A stretch of DNA of 47,223 nucleotides from Acidimicrobiia bacterium. Its GTDB lineage: Bacteria; Actinomycetota; Acidimicrobiia; Acidimicrobiales; JANYDT01. This document shows positions 9,126 to 19,176 of this stretch, piece by piece. The notes beneath the pieces are model-generated. The model did not search any database, was not told the DNA's origin, and saw only the letters and a list, made by a program, of their open reading frames with translations. The position numbers and the translations under genes are program-made. The stretch is from NCBI GenBank assembly GCA_043775075.1, contig JAYVSS010000019.1, forward strand, positions 1 through 47,223, in the 5' to 3' direction. The first letter of the stretch is position 1, and each line of letters opens with the position of its first letter.

Positions 9126-9767
9126 CTACAACAGGCGACGGTCGTTCGCCCATCGGGTTAGCTCATACCGGCTGGAGAGCTGAAGCTTGCGCAACACCGA
9201 TGACACGTGAGTCTCGATCGTCTTCACCGACAGCGTGAGTTGACGAGCAATTTCTTTGTACGCATACCCGCGGGCAATCAAACGAAGGACTTCTTTTTCC
9301 CGTTGCGTGAGCTGATCGAGTTCGGGATCGGCGACGGTATCGACCGGAAGGTTCGTGGAAAACGCGTCGAGCACGAAGCCGGCGAGCCGAGGGGAAAACA
9401 CTGCGTCGCCCTCGGCAATCCGTTCGATGGCGGCGGCCAACTCTTTGCCGTCGATGGTCTTGGTGACGTAACCCCGGGCGCCAGCGCGGATAACGGCGAT
9501 GACATCCTCGGAGGCGTCGGAGACCGAGAGGGCCAGAAACTTCACGTCGGGCTCTCGTTCGTGTACGCGCGGAATGACCGACGCTCCGCCGCCGCCGGGG
9601 AGGTGAACATCGAGCAGGACAACCTGCGGGCGCAGCGCAATGATGCCCGACACGGCGGTGTCGACGTCGGCGGCGTCGCCGACGATCTGCACGGCCTCGG
9701 ATAGTTCGGCGGCCACGCCCTTTCGGAACAGTTGATGATCGTCCACCAGAAAAACGCGCGTCTTCAT
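9126..9767 (-). CDS. two-component response regulator, NarL/LuxR family
   Basis: MKTRVFLVDDHQLFRKG... receiver domain plus a C-terminal LuxR HTH (LTQREKEVLRLIARGYAYKEIARQL). ATG at 9767 lies 2 nt after the kinase stop codon and has AAAGG upstream. Confidence 0.9.
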   Translation of the reverse strand: MKTRVFLVDDHQLFRKGVAAELSEAVQIVGDAADVDTAVSGIIALRPQVVLLDVHLPGGGGASVIPRVHEREPDVKFLALSVSDASEDVIAVIRAGARGYVTKTIDGKELAAAIERIAEGDAVFSPRLAGFVLDAFSTNLPVDTVADPELDQLTQREKEVLRLIARGYAYKEIARQLTLSVKTIETHVSSVLRKLQLSSRYELTRWANDRRLL

Positions 9768-9769
9768 GT

Positions 9770-11221
9770 TCAAACCTTTCGTTGGCGTTTCTTCTCGGAT
9801 CGCCGGGTCTCGTCTGGAGGCACGAGTGAGTCAGGAGTGGGCGCGTCGCCTGATGGGGCGAGATGATGAGGGCGGGCGATCGTGAGCTGCACCTCGGTGC
9901 CTTCGCCCGGCGCCGACGAGATCAGAACTCGGCCACCGGCGCGCTGTACGCGGCCCTGAATCGACTCGCTCAGCCCACGCCGGTCACTTTCCACTTCGCG
10001 CAGGTCGAAGCCCTTACCGCGGTCACGCACAAACGCCACCAATTCGCGTTCGTCGACCTCGAGATAGACGTCCACCTTGGTTGCGCCAGAGTGCTTCCCG
10101 GCGTTGACGAGCACCTCGCGAATCGCCGCCAGAAGAACGCGAGATTCGTCCGCCAGCGGGCCGTCACCCACGCGGACCACGTCGACATTGATGCCGTAGG
10201 AGTCTTCGACTTCTTCAACGATCACATCCATAAGCTCGCTTATGGAAAGCGGTCGGCTCGCACTCTGGTCAGCCTCACTGAAAAGCCAAGCTCGGAGTTC
10301 GCGTTCTTGACGACGGGCCAAAGCCTGCACCTGCCGAGGGTCTTCAGCCTTGCGCTGAATGATCGCCAACGTTTGCAACACCGAGTCATGGAGGTGGGCG
10401 GCAATGTCGGCCTTCTCCTCCGACCGGACACGGGCCCGTCGCTCTTCGCTAAGCGCACGTAGCACTGAACGGCTCCACGGCAGGAGAATCAAACCGAGCC
10501 CACCGACCAACGCAAACACCGCCAAAAAGAGGCCGGTCAGAGCGTTCAGCCGAGATGCCTTCGACACCACGCCTGCCAACCCCCCAAACACGAACAATCC
10601 GCCAATCGCCAGCCGTTTGGCCTGACCACGCCACGACCACGAACCGGAGCGAGTAAGCGCGTGTTCGATCGAACGTCGACCCTCAGCGCTGATCATCGAC
10701 GCACCTACCGACAACACGAGAATCGGCCACATCAACCAGACCGGAAACGGCAGACCTAGCTGTTGGATGAGCAGCATGAACCCGAGAATCACCGCGCCGA
10801 AGGCCACCGCGGAGAGCGGGTCTCCGGCGGTGGAGAGCACGTTGCGCTTCGACCTGTTGCCCACCGCCGCTGGTGCCTCGGGCAACATGAGCCACGCCAG
10901 GCCATAAATGCCGATACCGACGCCAGAGGCAAACGCCAGAGCAACAAAGGCGATGCGAACGAGCGAGACGTCGAGTCCGATGCGTTCAGCAATTCCTGAT
11001 GCCACTCCGCCCAACCAGCGATCTCCGGGGCCGGCGCGTTCGATGTCGTGGAGCGACGACGGTAGATGGGGCCGCCGCGTTGCGTGGTGGGGTGCATGCG
11101 ATGGCCCGGCGGATAACCGGGTGCGCTCGGCCGATGGCTGTGGTCGAGGCGCTGAGTCAACGATCAGCGCCGGGTCAGGGAGCACGCGCGAGGAATCGTT
11201 TGGCGTGTTCACGGCATCCAT
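9770..11221 (-). CDS. sensor histidine kinase with N-terminal PspC domain (LiaS-like HisKA_3 plus HATPase)
   Basis: PspC motif: GGVASGIAERIGLDVSLVRIAFVALAFASGVGIGIYGLAWLMLPE. It is followed by TM helices, the H-box region AAHLHDSVLQTL, and an ATPase with NAGKHSGA and GEGTEV. Confidence 0.9.
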   Translation of the reverse strand: MDAVNTPNDSSRVLPDPALIVDSAPRPQPSAERTRLSAGPSHAPHHATRRPHLPSSLHDIERAGPGDRWLGGVASGIAERIGLDVSLVRIAFVALAFASGVGIGIYGLAWLMLPEAPAAVGNRSKRNVLSTAGDPLSAVAFGAVILGFMLLIQQLGLPFPVWLMWPILVLSVGASMISAEGRRSIEHALTRSGSWSWRGQAKRLAIGGLFVFGGLAGVVSKASRLNALTGLFLAVFALVGGLGLILLPWSRSVLRALSEERRARVRSEEKADIAAHLHDSVLQTLAIIQRKAEDPRQVQALARRQERELRAWLFSEADQSASRPLSISELMDVIVEEVEDSYGINVDVVRVGDGPLADESRVLLAAIREVLVNAGKHSGATKVDVYLEVDERELVAFVRDRGKGFDLREVESDRRGLSESIQGRVQRAGGRVLISSAPGEGTEVQLTIARPHHLAPSGDAPTPDSLVPPDETRRSEKKRQRKV

Positions 11222-11343
11222 GGTGCCAGGTGGACGGCGGGCCGGGCGTCCGGGGAACCCCTACGCAATCCCTGGTGGGCCGGGTCCGGTCAGGGTCGAA
11301 CCGGGGGAAGCCCTGATGCCCGCAATCGCCACCAGCCGTCACT

Positions 11344-12669
11344 ATGAATGACATGAAGACCAAGACCGCCGCTTCGAGCAACGCTGACAGGACCGCTCCG
11401 GCCAGCCCGGCCTCGCCGCCGACGAGCCCCAAGAAGCTCTACCGCAGTCGGGACAACCGGGTGATCAAGGGCGTGGCCGGCGGTGTCGGCGAGTACTTCG
11501 GCATTGATCCGGTGATCGTGCGTCTGGCGTTTCTCTTCACGTTCGCCTTGGGGGGCGTCGGGTTCTTCGGCTATCTCCTCGCCGTGGTGTTACTGCCCAA
11601 GCGTCCAAAGAACTTGCCAGCCCCCACTACCCCCATGACCAGCGGATTTGAAGCACTTCAAAACCGGTCACTCGGTGTCTGGGTGCTCATCGGCATCGGG
11701 GCGGCGATCCTCGTCGATCGGCTGAATCTCAACATCATCGGGGATCGACTGTGGCCGCTTCTGCTCATCGGTGGCGGTCTGGTCGTGCTCATGCGTCGAC
11801 GCGATGCCAACGCCATCCGTGAGCACAACGAAAGGCGAAGTCGTTCGTTCGCCACGGCGCCGATGTCGACGCGCAGCGCCACCACGTCGACGCTGATTGG
11901 CGACGTCTCTCCGACTCGTCGAGATCTCCAGGCCGAGGCACTGGCGGAACTCCACGATCCTGTCGTTGACGAAGTCGAACGCGCCGTCGCCGAACTTCGC
12001 TCCGAACGCCTCGGTCGCCCGATAAATGGTCAGTTCGACCCCGTCGACGACGATCTCATGGCCGAGCCACCCACGACGACGGGACGGTTCCGCAGTGCGC
12101 GTCGCCGTGAGCGAACCGGGAATGACGCTCGTCGGAGTCCACATCGCAATCGCCTGCGCCGATTCATCTTGGCCTGTCTGCTCTTCACCGTGTTCCTCGT
12201 GACCGTCAGCGCCTTTCTCGGATTGCGCATTGTGACTCGCGGTGCGGGGCAACGCGACGTCGCCATCGCTGTCGGAACAACGAACTTTTCGCAAACCTTC
12301 GGCGCCGGTGACTTCCGGCTCGACCTCAGCGCCCTCGATGGACCGGCGACCGGCAAGGTTTCGCTTGATTTCGGGAAACTGTCGGTCGTTCTTCCAAGCG
12401 GTCCGAATCGCCCCGCCCTGGAGATCCATTCCCGGTCGCGCATCGTCATCGCCGAGACCGGCGTGGGTCAGAGCACCGAGGCATTCATCGGGAATCGAAC
12501 TCGTGTCATTCCTGGCTGCGGGCGAAACGCCGCGGCGAACGGGGCGGACTTCATTGACACAGTGAAACTCGATCTCTCGATGCTCGCCGGCAACGTTGAT
12601 CTCCTCCCCGCCAGACCGTGTCCGACCACCACGGTCAGTGCATCCGCGACAACCACGCCCCTTCGCTAA
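11344..12669 (+). CDS. PspC domain-containing membrane protein with LiaF-like C-terminal domain
   Basis: KKLYRSRDNRVIKGVAGGVGEYFGIDPVIVRLAFLFTFALGGVGFFGYLLAVVLLPK is a PspC domain. Further TM helices and a beta-rich C-terminal region follow. The gene is divergent from the PspC kinase. Confidence 0.85.
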   Translation: MNDMKTKTAASSNADRTAPASPASPPTSPKKLYRSRDNRVIKGVAGGVGEYFGIDPVIVRLAFLFTFALGGVGFFGYLLAVVLLPKRPKNLPAPTTPMTSGFEALQNRSLGVWVLIGIGAAILVDRLNLNIIGDRLWPLLLIGGGLVVLMRRRDANAIREHNERRSRSFATAPMSTRSATTSTLIGDVSPTRRDLQAEALAELHDPVVDEVERAVAELRSERLGRPINGQFDPVDDDLMAEPPTTTGRFRSARRRERTGNDARRSPHRNRLRRFILACLLFTVFLVTVSAFLGLRIVTRGAGQRDVAIAVGTTNFSQTFGAGDFRLDLSALDGPATGKVSLDFGKLSVVLPSGPNRPALEIHSRSRIVIAETGVGQSTEAFIGNRTRVIPGCGRNAAANGADFIDTVKLDLSMLAGNVDLLPARPCPTTTVSASATTTPLR

Positions 12670-12705
12670 CTGCACCCATTCACTTCAGAATCAAAGGAAC
12701 CAATC

Positions 12706-12867
12706 ATGAAACTCACCAACATCATCCTGTTTGCCATCGGCGCCGTGCTCCTCATCGCCGGCATCGGCGCTCTCGCCAGCGTCGCCCTCCGCCTGCTGTG
12801 GCCGGCGATGCTCCTCGGTGTGGGCGTCGCCCTCATCGGCAAGGCGGTGAAAAACCCGACCGGCTGA
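12706..12867 (+). CDS. small two-helix membrane protein (53 aa), below the ORF-track size cutoff
   Basis: ATG at 12706 with AAAGGAA upstream. The product is MKLTNIILFAIGAVLLIAGIGALASVALRLLWPAMLLGVGVALIGKAVKNPTG. It lies directly downstream of the PspC protein and upstream of a strong hairpin. Confidence 0.5.
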   Translation: MKLTNIILFAIGAVLLIAGIGALASVALRLLWPAMLLGVGVALIGKAVKNPTG

Positions 12868-12904
12868 CATTCCTGTCAGGCGCGGCCACAGCCCCGGCCG
12901 AACA

Positions 12905-12933
12905 GGCGTCTCCCGCGTCGGGCGGGAGACGCC
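12905..12933. terminator. perfect 12-bp GC-rich hairpin between convergent genes
   Basis: GGCGTCTCCCGC (12905-12916), 5-nt loop, GCGGGAGACGCC (12922-12933). It sits between the stop at 12867 (+) and the stop at 12936 (-). No clear T-run on either side. Confidence 0.5.
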
Positions 12934-12935
12934 CA

Positions 12936-13931
12936 CTACGGACGAGTGGTCGGGGATTGGGTCTGCTGGGGATCGGTCTCGTAGACCCCGGCGAGGACGG
13001 CGTCGATGGCCGCCATCGTATCGGCGTCGAGCTTTTTGTCCGACGCAACGGCGGAGTCGTCGAGCTGCTCAGGACGCGAGGCACCGACGATCGCCGACGC
13101 CACGTTCGGATTAGTAAGTACCCATGCGACCGCCATGGCGGCCATCGTCATCCCCGCGTCAGCGGCGACGGGTCGAAGGTTTTGCACGGCATTGAGGACG
13201 TCGTCTCGCAGCCATCGTTTGATCATCTGCGATCCCGCCGGATCCTCTGCGCGCGAACCTTCCGGCACAGACTGACCAGCCAGGTACTTGCCCGTGAGCA
13301 CGCCCTGAGCAATAGGTGACCATACGATCTGTGACAGCCCGCACTCCTCGCTCGCCGGAACAACTTCGGCCTCAATGACCCGCCACAACATGGAGTACTG
13401 AGGCTGGTTCGACACGAACGGCACGTGCAGTTCCTTGGCCAGCGCCGCACCACGACGAATCTCGTCGGCCGACCATTCGGACACGCCGATGTACAACGCC
13501 TTACCGGCGCGAACAATGTCGGCGAACGCCAGCATGGTTTCTTCGAGCGGCGTTTCCACGTCGTACCGATGCGCTTGATAGAGGTCGACGTAGTCCGTAC
13601 CCAGTCGCTTCAACGAACCGTCGATCCCCTCCATGAGGTGCTTGCGCGAGAGACCACGAGCATTCACGCTTCGACCGGTCGGCCAGTACACCTTGGTGGC
13701 GATCTCAAGATTCTCTCGGCGCTCGTCCTTCAGAGCACGGCCGAGCACGGCTTCGGCCTTCGTGCCGGCATAGGCGTCCGCAGTATCAAACGTGGTGATG
13801 CCAAGTTCAAGGGCCCGCCGCACACAGGCCAGAGCAGCCTCTTCCTCCACCTGACTGCCATGGGTCAGCCAATTGCCGTAGCTGACAGCCGAAACTTTGA
13901 GACCACTGAGTCCGAGATAGCGATGTTCCAT
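12936..13931 (-). CDS. aldo/keto reductase (Kv-beta / YhdN-like)
   Basis: The 584-aa track ORF is trimmed to ATG at 13931: MEHRYLGLSGLKVSAVSYGNW...FDTADAYAGTKAE...DYVDLYQAHR...PFVSNQPQYSML. The discarded upstream part is antisense to the HD gene. Confidence 0.9.
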   Translation of the reverse strand: MEHRYLGLSGLKVSAVSYGNWLTHGSQVEEEAALACVRRALELGITTFDTADAYAGTKAEAVLGRALKDERRENLEIATKVYWPTGRSVNARGLSRKHLMEGIDGSLKRLGTDYVDLYQAHRYDVETPLEETMLAFADIVRAGKALYIGVSEWSADEIRRGAALAKELHVPFVSNQPQYSMLWRVIEAEVVPASEECGLSQIVWSPIAQGVLTGKYLAGQSVPEGSRAEDPAGSQMIKRWLRDDVLNAVQNLRPVAADAGMTMAAMAVAWVLTNPNVASAIVGASRPEQLDDSAVASDKKLDADTMAAIDAVLAGVYETDPQQTQSPTTRP

Positions 13932-13961
13932 GACGCTGACCGTATCCGGTAAACCGTTGGA

Positions 13962-14591
13962 GTGACCACGCCGACTCCGCTTCCATCTCGCCTCACGGAA
14001 CAGATTGCGTTTCTCGTCGAGATCGACAAACTTAAAACGGTGCTGCGCCAAACCCCGATTGTCGACGGCTCGCGTCGAGAAAACACCGCTGAGCATTCGT
14101 GGCATCTCGCCGTGTTCGCCATGGTTTTGGCCGAACACGCGCCCGAACCGGTGGATATCGCCAAGGTCATCACCATGCTCCTCCTGCACGACATCGTGGA
14201 GATCGACGCCGGAGACACCTTTATCTACGCCGCCTCCGATCCCGCCGTGGCCGCCCAGCAAGAGGCCGATGAAATGGCTGCTGCCCATCGCATCTTTTCT
14301 CTTCTCCCCGTCGATCAAGCTGCTCGGCTGCGGGCACTGTGGGATGAGTTCGAGGCGAAGGAAACGGCCGACGCCAAGTTCGCTAAGACGATCGACCGTC
14401 TCCAGCCGATCCTGCTCAATCGCGTAAGTGGAGGCGGATCGTGGAAGGTGCACTCGATCACCGCGGACAAGACTCGCCGCATGGTCCGGGCACTGATGCC
14501 CGCCGATTCGATCCTCACCGACTACGCGCTCACGTTGATCGAGGAGGCGGTAGCCGAGGGACTCCTGCTCCCCGACCCGGCCGACGCATAG
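13962..14591 (+). CDS. HD-domain hydrolase, YfbR-like 5'-deoxynucleotidase family
   Basis: RRENTAEHSWHLAV...LLLHDIVEIDAGD carries the H..HD..D metal motif of YfbR-type HD proteins. Confidence 0.8.
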   Translation: MTTPTPLPSRLTEQIAFLVEIDKLKTVLRQTPIVDGSRRENTAEHSWHLAVFAMVLAEHAPEPVDIAKVITMLLLHDIVEIDAGDTFIYAASDPAVAAQQEADEMAAAHRIFSLLPVDQAARLRALWDEFEAKETADAKFAKTIDRLQPILLNRVSGGGSWKVHSITADKTRRMVRALMPADSILTDYALTLIEEAVAEGLLLPDPADA

Positions 14592-14614
14592 GGATTCGCC
14601 AGCAAAGCAGCCGA

Positions 14615-14878
14615 ATGCACCGGGTACAGTGGGAAATCGTGTCAACTGTTGCCGCTTATATCCTCCTGCAAACCGATGTCGGGAAATCATCGTCGGTCTG
14701 CAAAGCCGTTGGCGTGCTGAGCGGCGTGGTGAGCTGCGAAGAGGTCACCGGCCCCTACGACCTCATCGTCAAAGCCGAGGCCGAGAGTCTCGACGAGCTA
14801 GGCAAGCAAGTCGTCTCCCGCATCCAGTTGGTTGAGGGCATCACCCGCACGCTGACCTGCCCAGTGATCCACTTCTAA
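14615..14878 (+). CDS. stand-alone Lrp/AsnC ligand-binding (RAM) domain protein
   Basis: ...VAAYILLQTDVGKSSSVCKAVGVLSGVVSCEEVTGPYDLIVKAEAESLDELGKQVVSRIQLVEGITRTLTCPVI. Start is ATG at 14615 or in-frame GTG at 14639. Confidence 0.7.
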   Translation: MHRVQWEIVSTVAAYILLQTDVGKSSSVCKAVGVLSGVVSCEEVTGPYDLIVKAEAESLDELGKQVVSRIQLVEGITRTLTCPVIHF

Positions 14879-14937
14879 CGCCAGATCGCTCGACGGCGCA
14901 CTGCGTCGAGACGAAGCGAACACGGTTCGTCCGCCGG

Positions 14938-15654
14938 CTAGAGGCCCATCGCCCACACGAGGATTTCGGCTCCCTCAGGACCGGCCGTTACCTCGACTGA
15001 CCCGGCGCCTGTGAGTCGGGCGGCGTCGCTGGTGAGGAGCGACTGACCGTTGATGGAGGCAGAGCCCTTCGGAACGAAAAGATGCACGAAGGCCATATCG
15101 GGCATGGTCACCGATTCATTCGCACTCAGGCGCGCGCCCAAGAGCACCGCGTCACGCTGAGCGATGGAAACGGCTCCGTCGTGCCCGGTGCCAGACGCGA
15201 TCGGAACGAGTCCACCCTTGGCCAGTTCGGCATTGATGTCCATCTGCTCGTATCCCGGGCGGATGCGCTCCGTGTCTGGCAGCACCCACATCTGTACGAG
15301 ATGCACGGACGTGTCTTTCGACGGGTTCTTTTCGGAGTGCCAAATGCCAGTGCCAGCAGACATGCGCTGGGCCAAGCCCGGGTACAGCAAACCCCGATTG
15401 CCCTCCGAGTCTTTGTGTTCGAGTTCGCCGTCGAGCACCCACGTAACAATCTCCATGTCTTGATGCGGGTGCGTGTCAAAACCAGAGCTCGGGGCGATGA
15501 CATCGTCGTTGTTCACGAGGAGCAACCCATGACCAACGTTCGTCGGGTCGTACTGACCGCCGAAACTAAAACTGTGGCGACCCTTCAGCCAGGCCAGGTT
15601 CGTTGACATGCGGTCGTCGGCTCGGCGGATATCGATAGTGTTCGCTGGCTTCAT
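14938..15654 (-). CDS. pirin family protein
   Basis: Trimmed to ATG at 15654 (MKPANTIDIRRADDR). Cupin motifs are GFDTHPHQDMEIVTWVLDGELEHKDS and GLAQRMSAGTGIWHSE. Confidence 0.9.
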   Translation of the reverse strand: MKPANTIDIRRADDRMSTNLAWLKGRHSFSFGGQYDPTNVGHGLLLVNNDDVIAPSSGFDTHPHQDMEIVTWVLDGELEHKDSEGNRGLLYPGLAQRMSAGTGIWHSEKNPSKDTSVHLVQMWVLPDTERIRPGYEQMDINAELAKGGLVPIASGTGHDGAVSIAQRDAVLLGARLSANESVTMPDMAFVHLFVPKGSASINGQSLLTSDAARLTGAGSVEVTAGPEGAEILVWAMGL

Positions 15655-15704
15655 GGCGGTGGCCTTTCTCGTTGTCTCCTTGGTCAACGGCCAACGCGAA
15701 GTAT

Positions 15705-16385
15705 TTATTTCAAATTTGAACGATCGCTGGCGACGAGGCTGGAAAACGCCAGCAGTACGGCGTATCCGGCGAGCAGAAACACGGCAAAGAGCACGATGAA
15801 TAGGGTGGCCCAGCGGTCGCGGAAAGGGTCCCCGGCATGATTCAGCACGTCTCGCAGCAGCCGCCGCGGGCGGACGAACGCGTCCCAGGAATTCCATCGC
15901 TGTATCCGCCCGAGGTAGAGGCCGTAGCTCCCGAGACCCATGGCAAATACAGAAAACACCCAACCTGCAGGCGTGCCGAACCGCCGGGCCACGGATGCCT
16001 GCACCAGGTACAGCGACGCAAAGCCGAGGAAAGCTCCAGTGGCGGCAAATGCGGCAAACAGCAGGGCGTCATAAAGCGCTGGGACCCCGCCGGCTTGGCC
16101 GAGATGGATCAGGTCGGTCATGAGGTACGGAGCGTTGGGAAAGAACAACAACCACACGACAACGAGCGGGGCCGACACCTTCAGCGAGCGGTTCGCCCGC
16201 GACCACGCGTCGATGGCCCAGGCCAGAGGAAACGGGACGCACGCCAGAAAGAGGTTCCAGACGAGGAATCGGTACGAGGCAGAATCCGTGAGCCGAGCCC
16301 GCACGACCAACATCGCCAAGCACCCAGCCACCGACGCCCCCAGGGCGACGGCCACCGCCCAGCGGCTGCGATTTAGACGACCCAT
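15705..16385 (-). CDS. DUF1361 domain membrane protein
   Basis: Multi-pass membrane protein with FLVWNLFLACVPF, FFPNAPYLMTDLIHL and RWNSWD, blocks I recall as DUF1361 signatures. Confidence 0.75.
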   Translation of the reverse strand: MGRLNRSRWAVAVALGASVAGCLAMLVVRARLTDSASYRFLVWNLFLACVPFPLAWAIDAWSRANRSLKVSAPLVVVWLLFFPNAPYLMTDLIHLGQAGGVPALYDALLFAAFAATGAFLGFASLYLVQASVARRFGTPAGWVFSVFAMGLGSYGLYLGRIQRWNSWDAFVRPRRLLRDVLNHAGDPFRDRWATLFIVLFAVFLLAGYAVLLAFSSLVASDRSNLK

Positions 16386-16403
16386 GCCTTACAAGTCTGG
16401 TCG

Positions 16404-16766
16404 TTACGCGTTAGTGAGGCCGAACACCAGAAACGCGCTCTCGCCGTCCTCCGCCCTCATCTTTTCGCGCATCTTCTCTCCCGCTGGGTTACCCGTCATG
16501 TCAATGGCCAGCGCGATGTTGGGATCGTCGAGCACGCCCGCAGCAAGTCGTATGTGCGCATGGTGTTCGGCGGGGGCATCGTCGGGCATGGTGTCGTCGA
16601 GTGCCACGCGCTGCACCCAGGTGCCAAGCTTCGAAGGATTCATTCCCTCGGGTACGGCAATTTCTTGGACCCGCAAAATCCCGCCGGGAAGGGGCTGGAG
16701 TGTCTGATCAAACGCCGCGTGCGCCGTGGTGCCGACACCGAATGTGGTGAAGCCTTTGCGAGTCAT
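16404..16766 (-). CDS. hypothetical protein (120 aa)
   Basis: Compact, non-low-complexity ORF packed between fumarase (8 nt away) and DUF1361 (18 nt away) on the same strand. No family recognised by eye. Confidence 0.55.
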   Translation of the reverse strand: MTRKGFTTFGVGTTAHAAFDQTLQPLPGGILRVQEIAVPEGMNPSKLGTWVQRVALDDTMPDDAPAEHHAHIRLAAGVLDDPNIALAIDMTGNPAGEKMREKMRAEDGESAFLVFGLTNA

Positions 16767-16774
16767 ACGAGAAC

Positions 16775-18442
16775 CTACTTCTGGCCAATGGAGACGGGAC
16801 GGCTGACGGACTGAAAAAAATCATTCCCTTTATCATCGACAACAACGAATGCCGGGAAGTCATGCACGTCAATTTCCCACACTGCTTCCATTCCCAGTTC
16901 GGCGTATTCGAGGACTTCAACGCGGGTGATGCAGTCCTGCGCCAGCCGCGCCGCGGGGCCGCCAATGGACCCGAGGTAGAAGCCGCCGTGCTTGGCGCAC
17001 GCGTCGGTCACGGCCTTCGACCGGTTGCCCTTGGCCAACATGACGAACGACCCACCAGCCTCCTGGAACAAATCAACATAGGAATCCATGCGACCCGCAG
17101 TGGTCGGTCCAAACGATCCACTGGCCATTCCTTCCGGCGTCTTGGCCGGACCGGCGTAGTACACGCATCGGTCCTTCAGATACTGCGGCAGACCCTGACC
17201 GGCGTCCAGACGTTCCTTCAATTTGGCGTGGGCGAGGTCCCGCGCCACCACCATGGTTCCGGTCAGTGAAAGCCGGGTCTTCACCGGATGCTTGGTCAGC
17301 TCAGCGCGGATTTCACTCATTGGAAGGTTGAGGTCGATCTGGACGACATGATCGCTTACCTCCTCGTGGGTGATGTCGGGAAGGAAGCGGGCCGGATCAG
17401 TTTCCAGCTGCTCCAAGAACACCCCCTCGGCGGTGATCTTGCCGAGCGCCTGCCGGTCGGCCGAACATGACACGGCGAGCGCAACGGGACACGATGCGCC
17501 GTGGCGGGGAAGGCGAATCACCCGAACGTCGTGGCAGAAATACTTGCCCCCGAACTGGGCACCGATACCCGTCGCCGCTGAGATCTTCAAGACCTCCGCT
17601 TCCATTTCCAGATCGCGATATGCCTGCCCATCTCGATTGCCGGTGGTCGGCAAGGAGTCCAGATACCGCGCACTCGCCAGCTTCGCCAGCTTCAGCGACG
17701 ACTCCGCCGACGTACCTCCGACCACTACACCGAGATGATACGGAGGACACGCCGCGGTACCAAGCGTACGTATCTTCTCGTCCATCCATGCTGCGAAACT
17801 GGCCGGGTTGAGAAGGGCCTTCGTCTCCTGAAAAAGTAGGCTCTTATTGGCTGATCCGCCGCCCTTGGCCATGAAGAAGAACTTGTAGGCCTCGCCTCCC
17901 ACCGCTTCGATTTCGATCTCGGCCGGAAGGTTGTTGCCGGTGTTCACCTCGTCCCAGAAGTTCATCGGCGACATCTGCGAGTACCGCAGGTTCGTATGTA
18001 CGTAGGTGTCCCACACGCCGCGAGTAATGGCTTCTTTATCGTCGGAACCGGTTACGACGTATTGACCCTTTTTACCCTTAATGATCGCCGTGCCGGTGTC
18101 TTGGCAACCGGGCAAGATTCCCCCGGCGGCGATGGCCGCGTTCTTCAAAAGATCGAGGGCGACGAAGCGATCGTTGCCGCTGGCTTCTGGATCGTCGAGA
18201 ATCACTCGAAGCTGAGCGAGGTGACCGGGACGCAGCAAGTGCTGTATGTCATGCATCGCCTCCTTCGTCAGGAGAGTGACGACCTCGGGATCGACCTGCA
18301 AAAACCGTTTGCCGTTGGCCTCAAAGGTGGACACGCCTTCGGAGGTGATCAGGCGATAGGGGGTGTCGTCGGGACCGAGCGGGAGGAGCTCTTTGTACTC
18401 GAACGACGATTCTGCGGCGGTGGGCATGGCACCAGTTTGCAT
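16775..18442 (-). CDS. fumarate hydratase, class I (Fe-S type, fused alpha/beta)
   Basis: Track ORF trimmed to ATG at 18442 (or 18427): [30 protein letters not shown]...[12 protein letters not shown]...GGGSANK...[16 protein letters not shown]...GPTTAGRMD. The upstream part of the track ORF overlaps the MFS remnant. Confidence 0.9.
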   Translation of the reverse strand: MQTGAMPTAAESSFEYKELLPLGPDDTPYRLITSEGVSTFEANGKRFLQVDPEVVTLLTKEAMHDIQHLLRPGHLAQLRVILDDPEASGNDRFVALDLLKNAAIAAGGILPGCQDTGTAIIKGKKGQYVVTGSDDKEAITRGVWDTYVHTNLRYSQMSPMNFWDEVNTGNNLPAEIEIEAVGGEAYKFFFMAKGGGSANKSLLFQETKALLNPASFAAWMDEKIRTLGTAACPPYHLGVVVGGTSAESSLKLAKLASARYLDSLPTTGNRDGQAYRDLEMEAEVLKISAATGIGAQFGGKYFCHDVRVIRLPRHGASCPVALAVSCSADRQALGKITAEGVFLEQLETDPARFLPDITHEEVSDHVVQIDLNLPMSEIRAELTKHPVKTRLSLTGTMVVARDLAHAKLKERLDAGQGLPQYLKDRCVYYAGPAKTPEGMASGSFGPTTAGRMDSYVDLFQEAGGSFVMLAKGNRSKAVTDACAKHGGFYLGSIGGPAARLAQDCITRVEVLEYAELGMEAVWEIDVHDFPAFVVVDDKGNDFFQSVSRPVSIGQK

Positions 18443-18453
18443 CGGAGCGATGC

Positions 18454-19176
18454 TCAGGCCGGACGGACCGCAACAACTCGCTGTGAACGCACGAGCAAGA
18501 CGACGCCACCGAGCGCCGTCACCGAACCACCGACGACAAATGGGGCCCGGGCGCTGAAGGTACTGGCCAGTCCGGCCACGGCCGCCGCTCCGACCGGAGT
18601 GGTCCCCATGAACGCGATCGAGAACAGCGCCATGACCCGGCCCAGCATGTCTGGCCGGGTGGACGATTGCCGGATCGAGGTCGTGAGCGTAGTGAACCCG
18701 GTGGCCACAATGCCGACCGGGAACGCAATGGCCGCGCACCACCAATACGACGGTGATGCGGCAAACATGATGAGCGCAGCACCGAACACAATCGCCCACA
18801 CGGCTTGCGATGCCAGCGTCGGCTTGCGAATCCACCCTATGGCGGTCCCGGCGAACAGACTTCCGACGGCGCTGATCGTCTGCACCAAAGCGGTGAGGCC
18901 AGCGTCGTGATTGTTCGCTGGATCGAGCCCGAACGTGAACTTTGACATCAGCGGCAGGACACTCTGGAAGTTGAACGCCGCTAGTCCCACGACAAACATC
19001 ATCAGGAGGGCGGGGCCAACGACGGGGTCATGGCGGGCATAGACGAACCCGGCTTTGACGAGACCTTTGCGGGCGGTTGCTCGTCGGCGCGGAAACATCT
19101 CGGAGCGGCGAACCCGAAGAAGCGTTCAGAGCAGAACGACGTAGCTCAACGCGTTGCCATAGAAAGCAAACCCAGG
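18454..19176 (-). pseudogene. MFS transporter (MFS_3/EntS-like) remnant: C-terminal 6-TM half only
   Basis: The 214-aa ORF (18454..19098) starts in the central-loop region ([22 protein letters not shown]) and has six TM helices. In the same frame upstream, PGFAFYGNALSYVVLL (a TM5/6-like sequence) is bounded by TGA at 19126-19128 and TGA at 19177-19179. No N-terminal half exists, because the next gene's terminator and coding region occupy that space. Confidence 0.55.

Noticed and set aside
11668-12675. 335-aa minus-strand ORF
   Set aside because: It is antisense to the PspC-domain protein gene. It has a Gly/Arg/Asp-rich low-complexity translation and no recognisable domain.
13932-14690. N-terminal 250 aa of the 584-aa track ORF 12936..14690
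   Set aside because: The aldo/keto reductase clearly starts at MEHRYLGLSG (13931). The upstream extension is antisense to the well-supported HD hydrolase gene.
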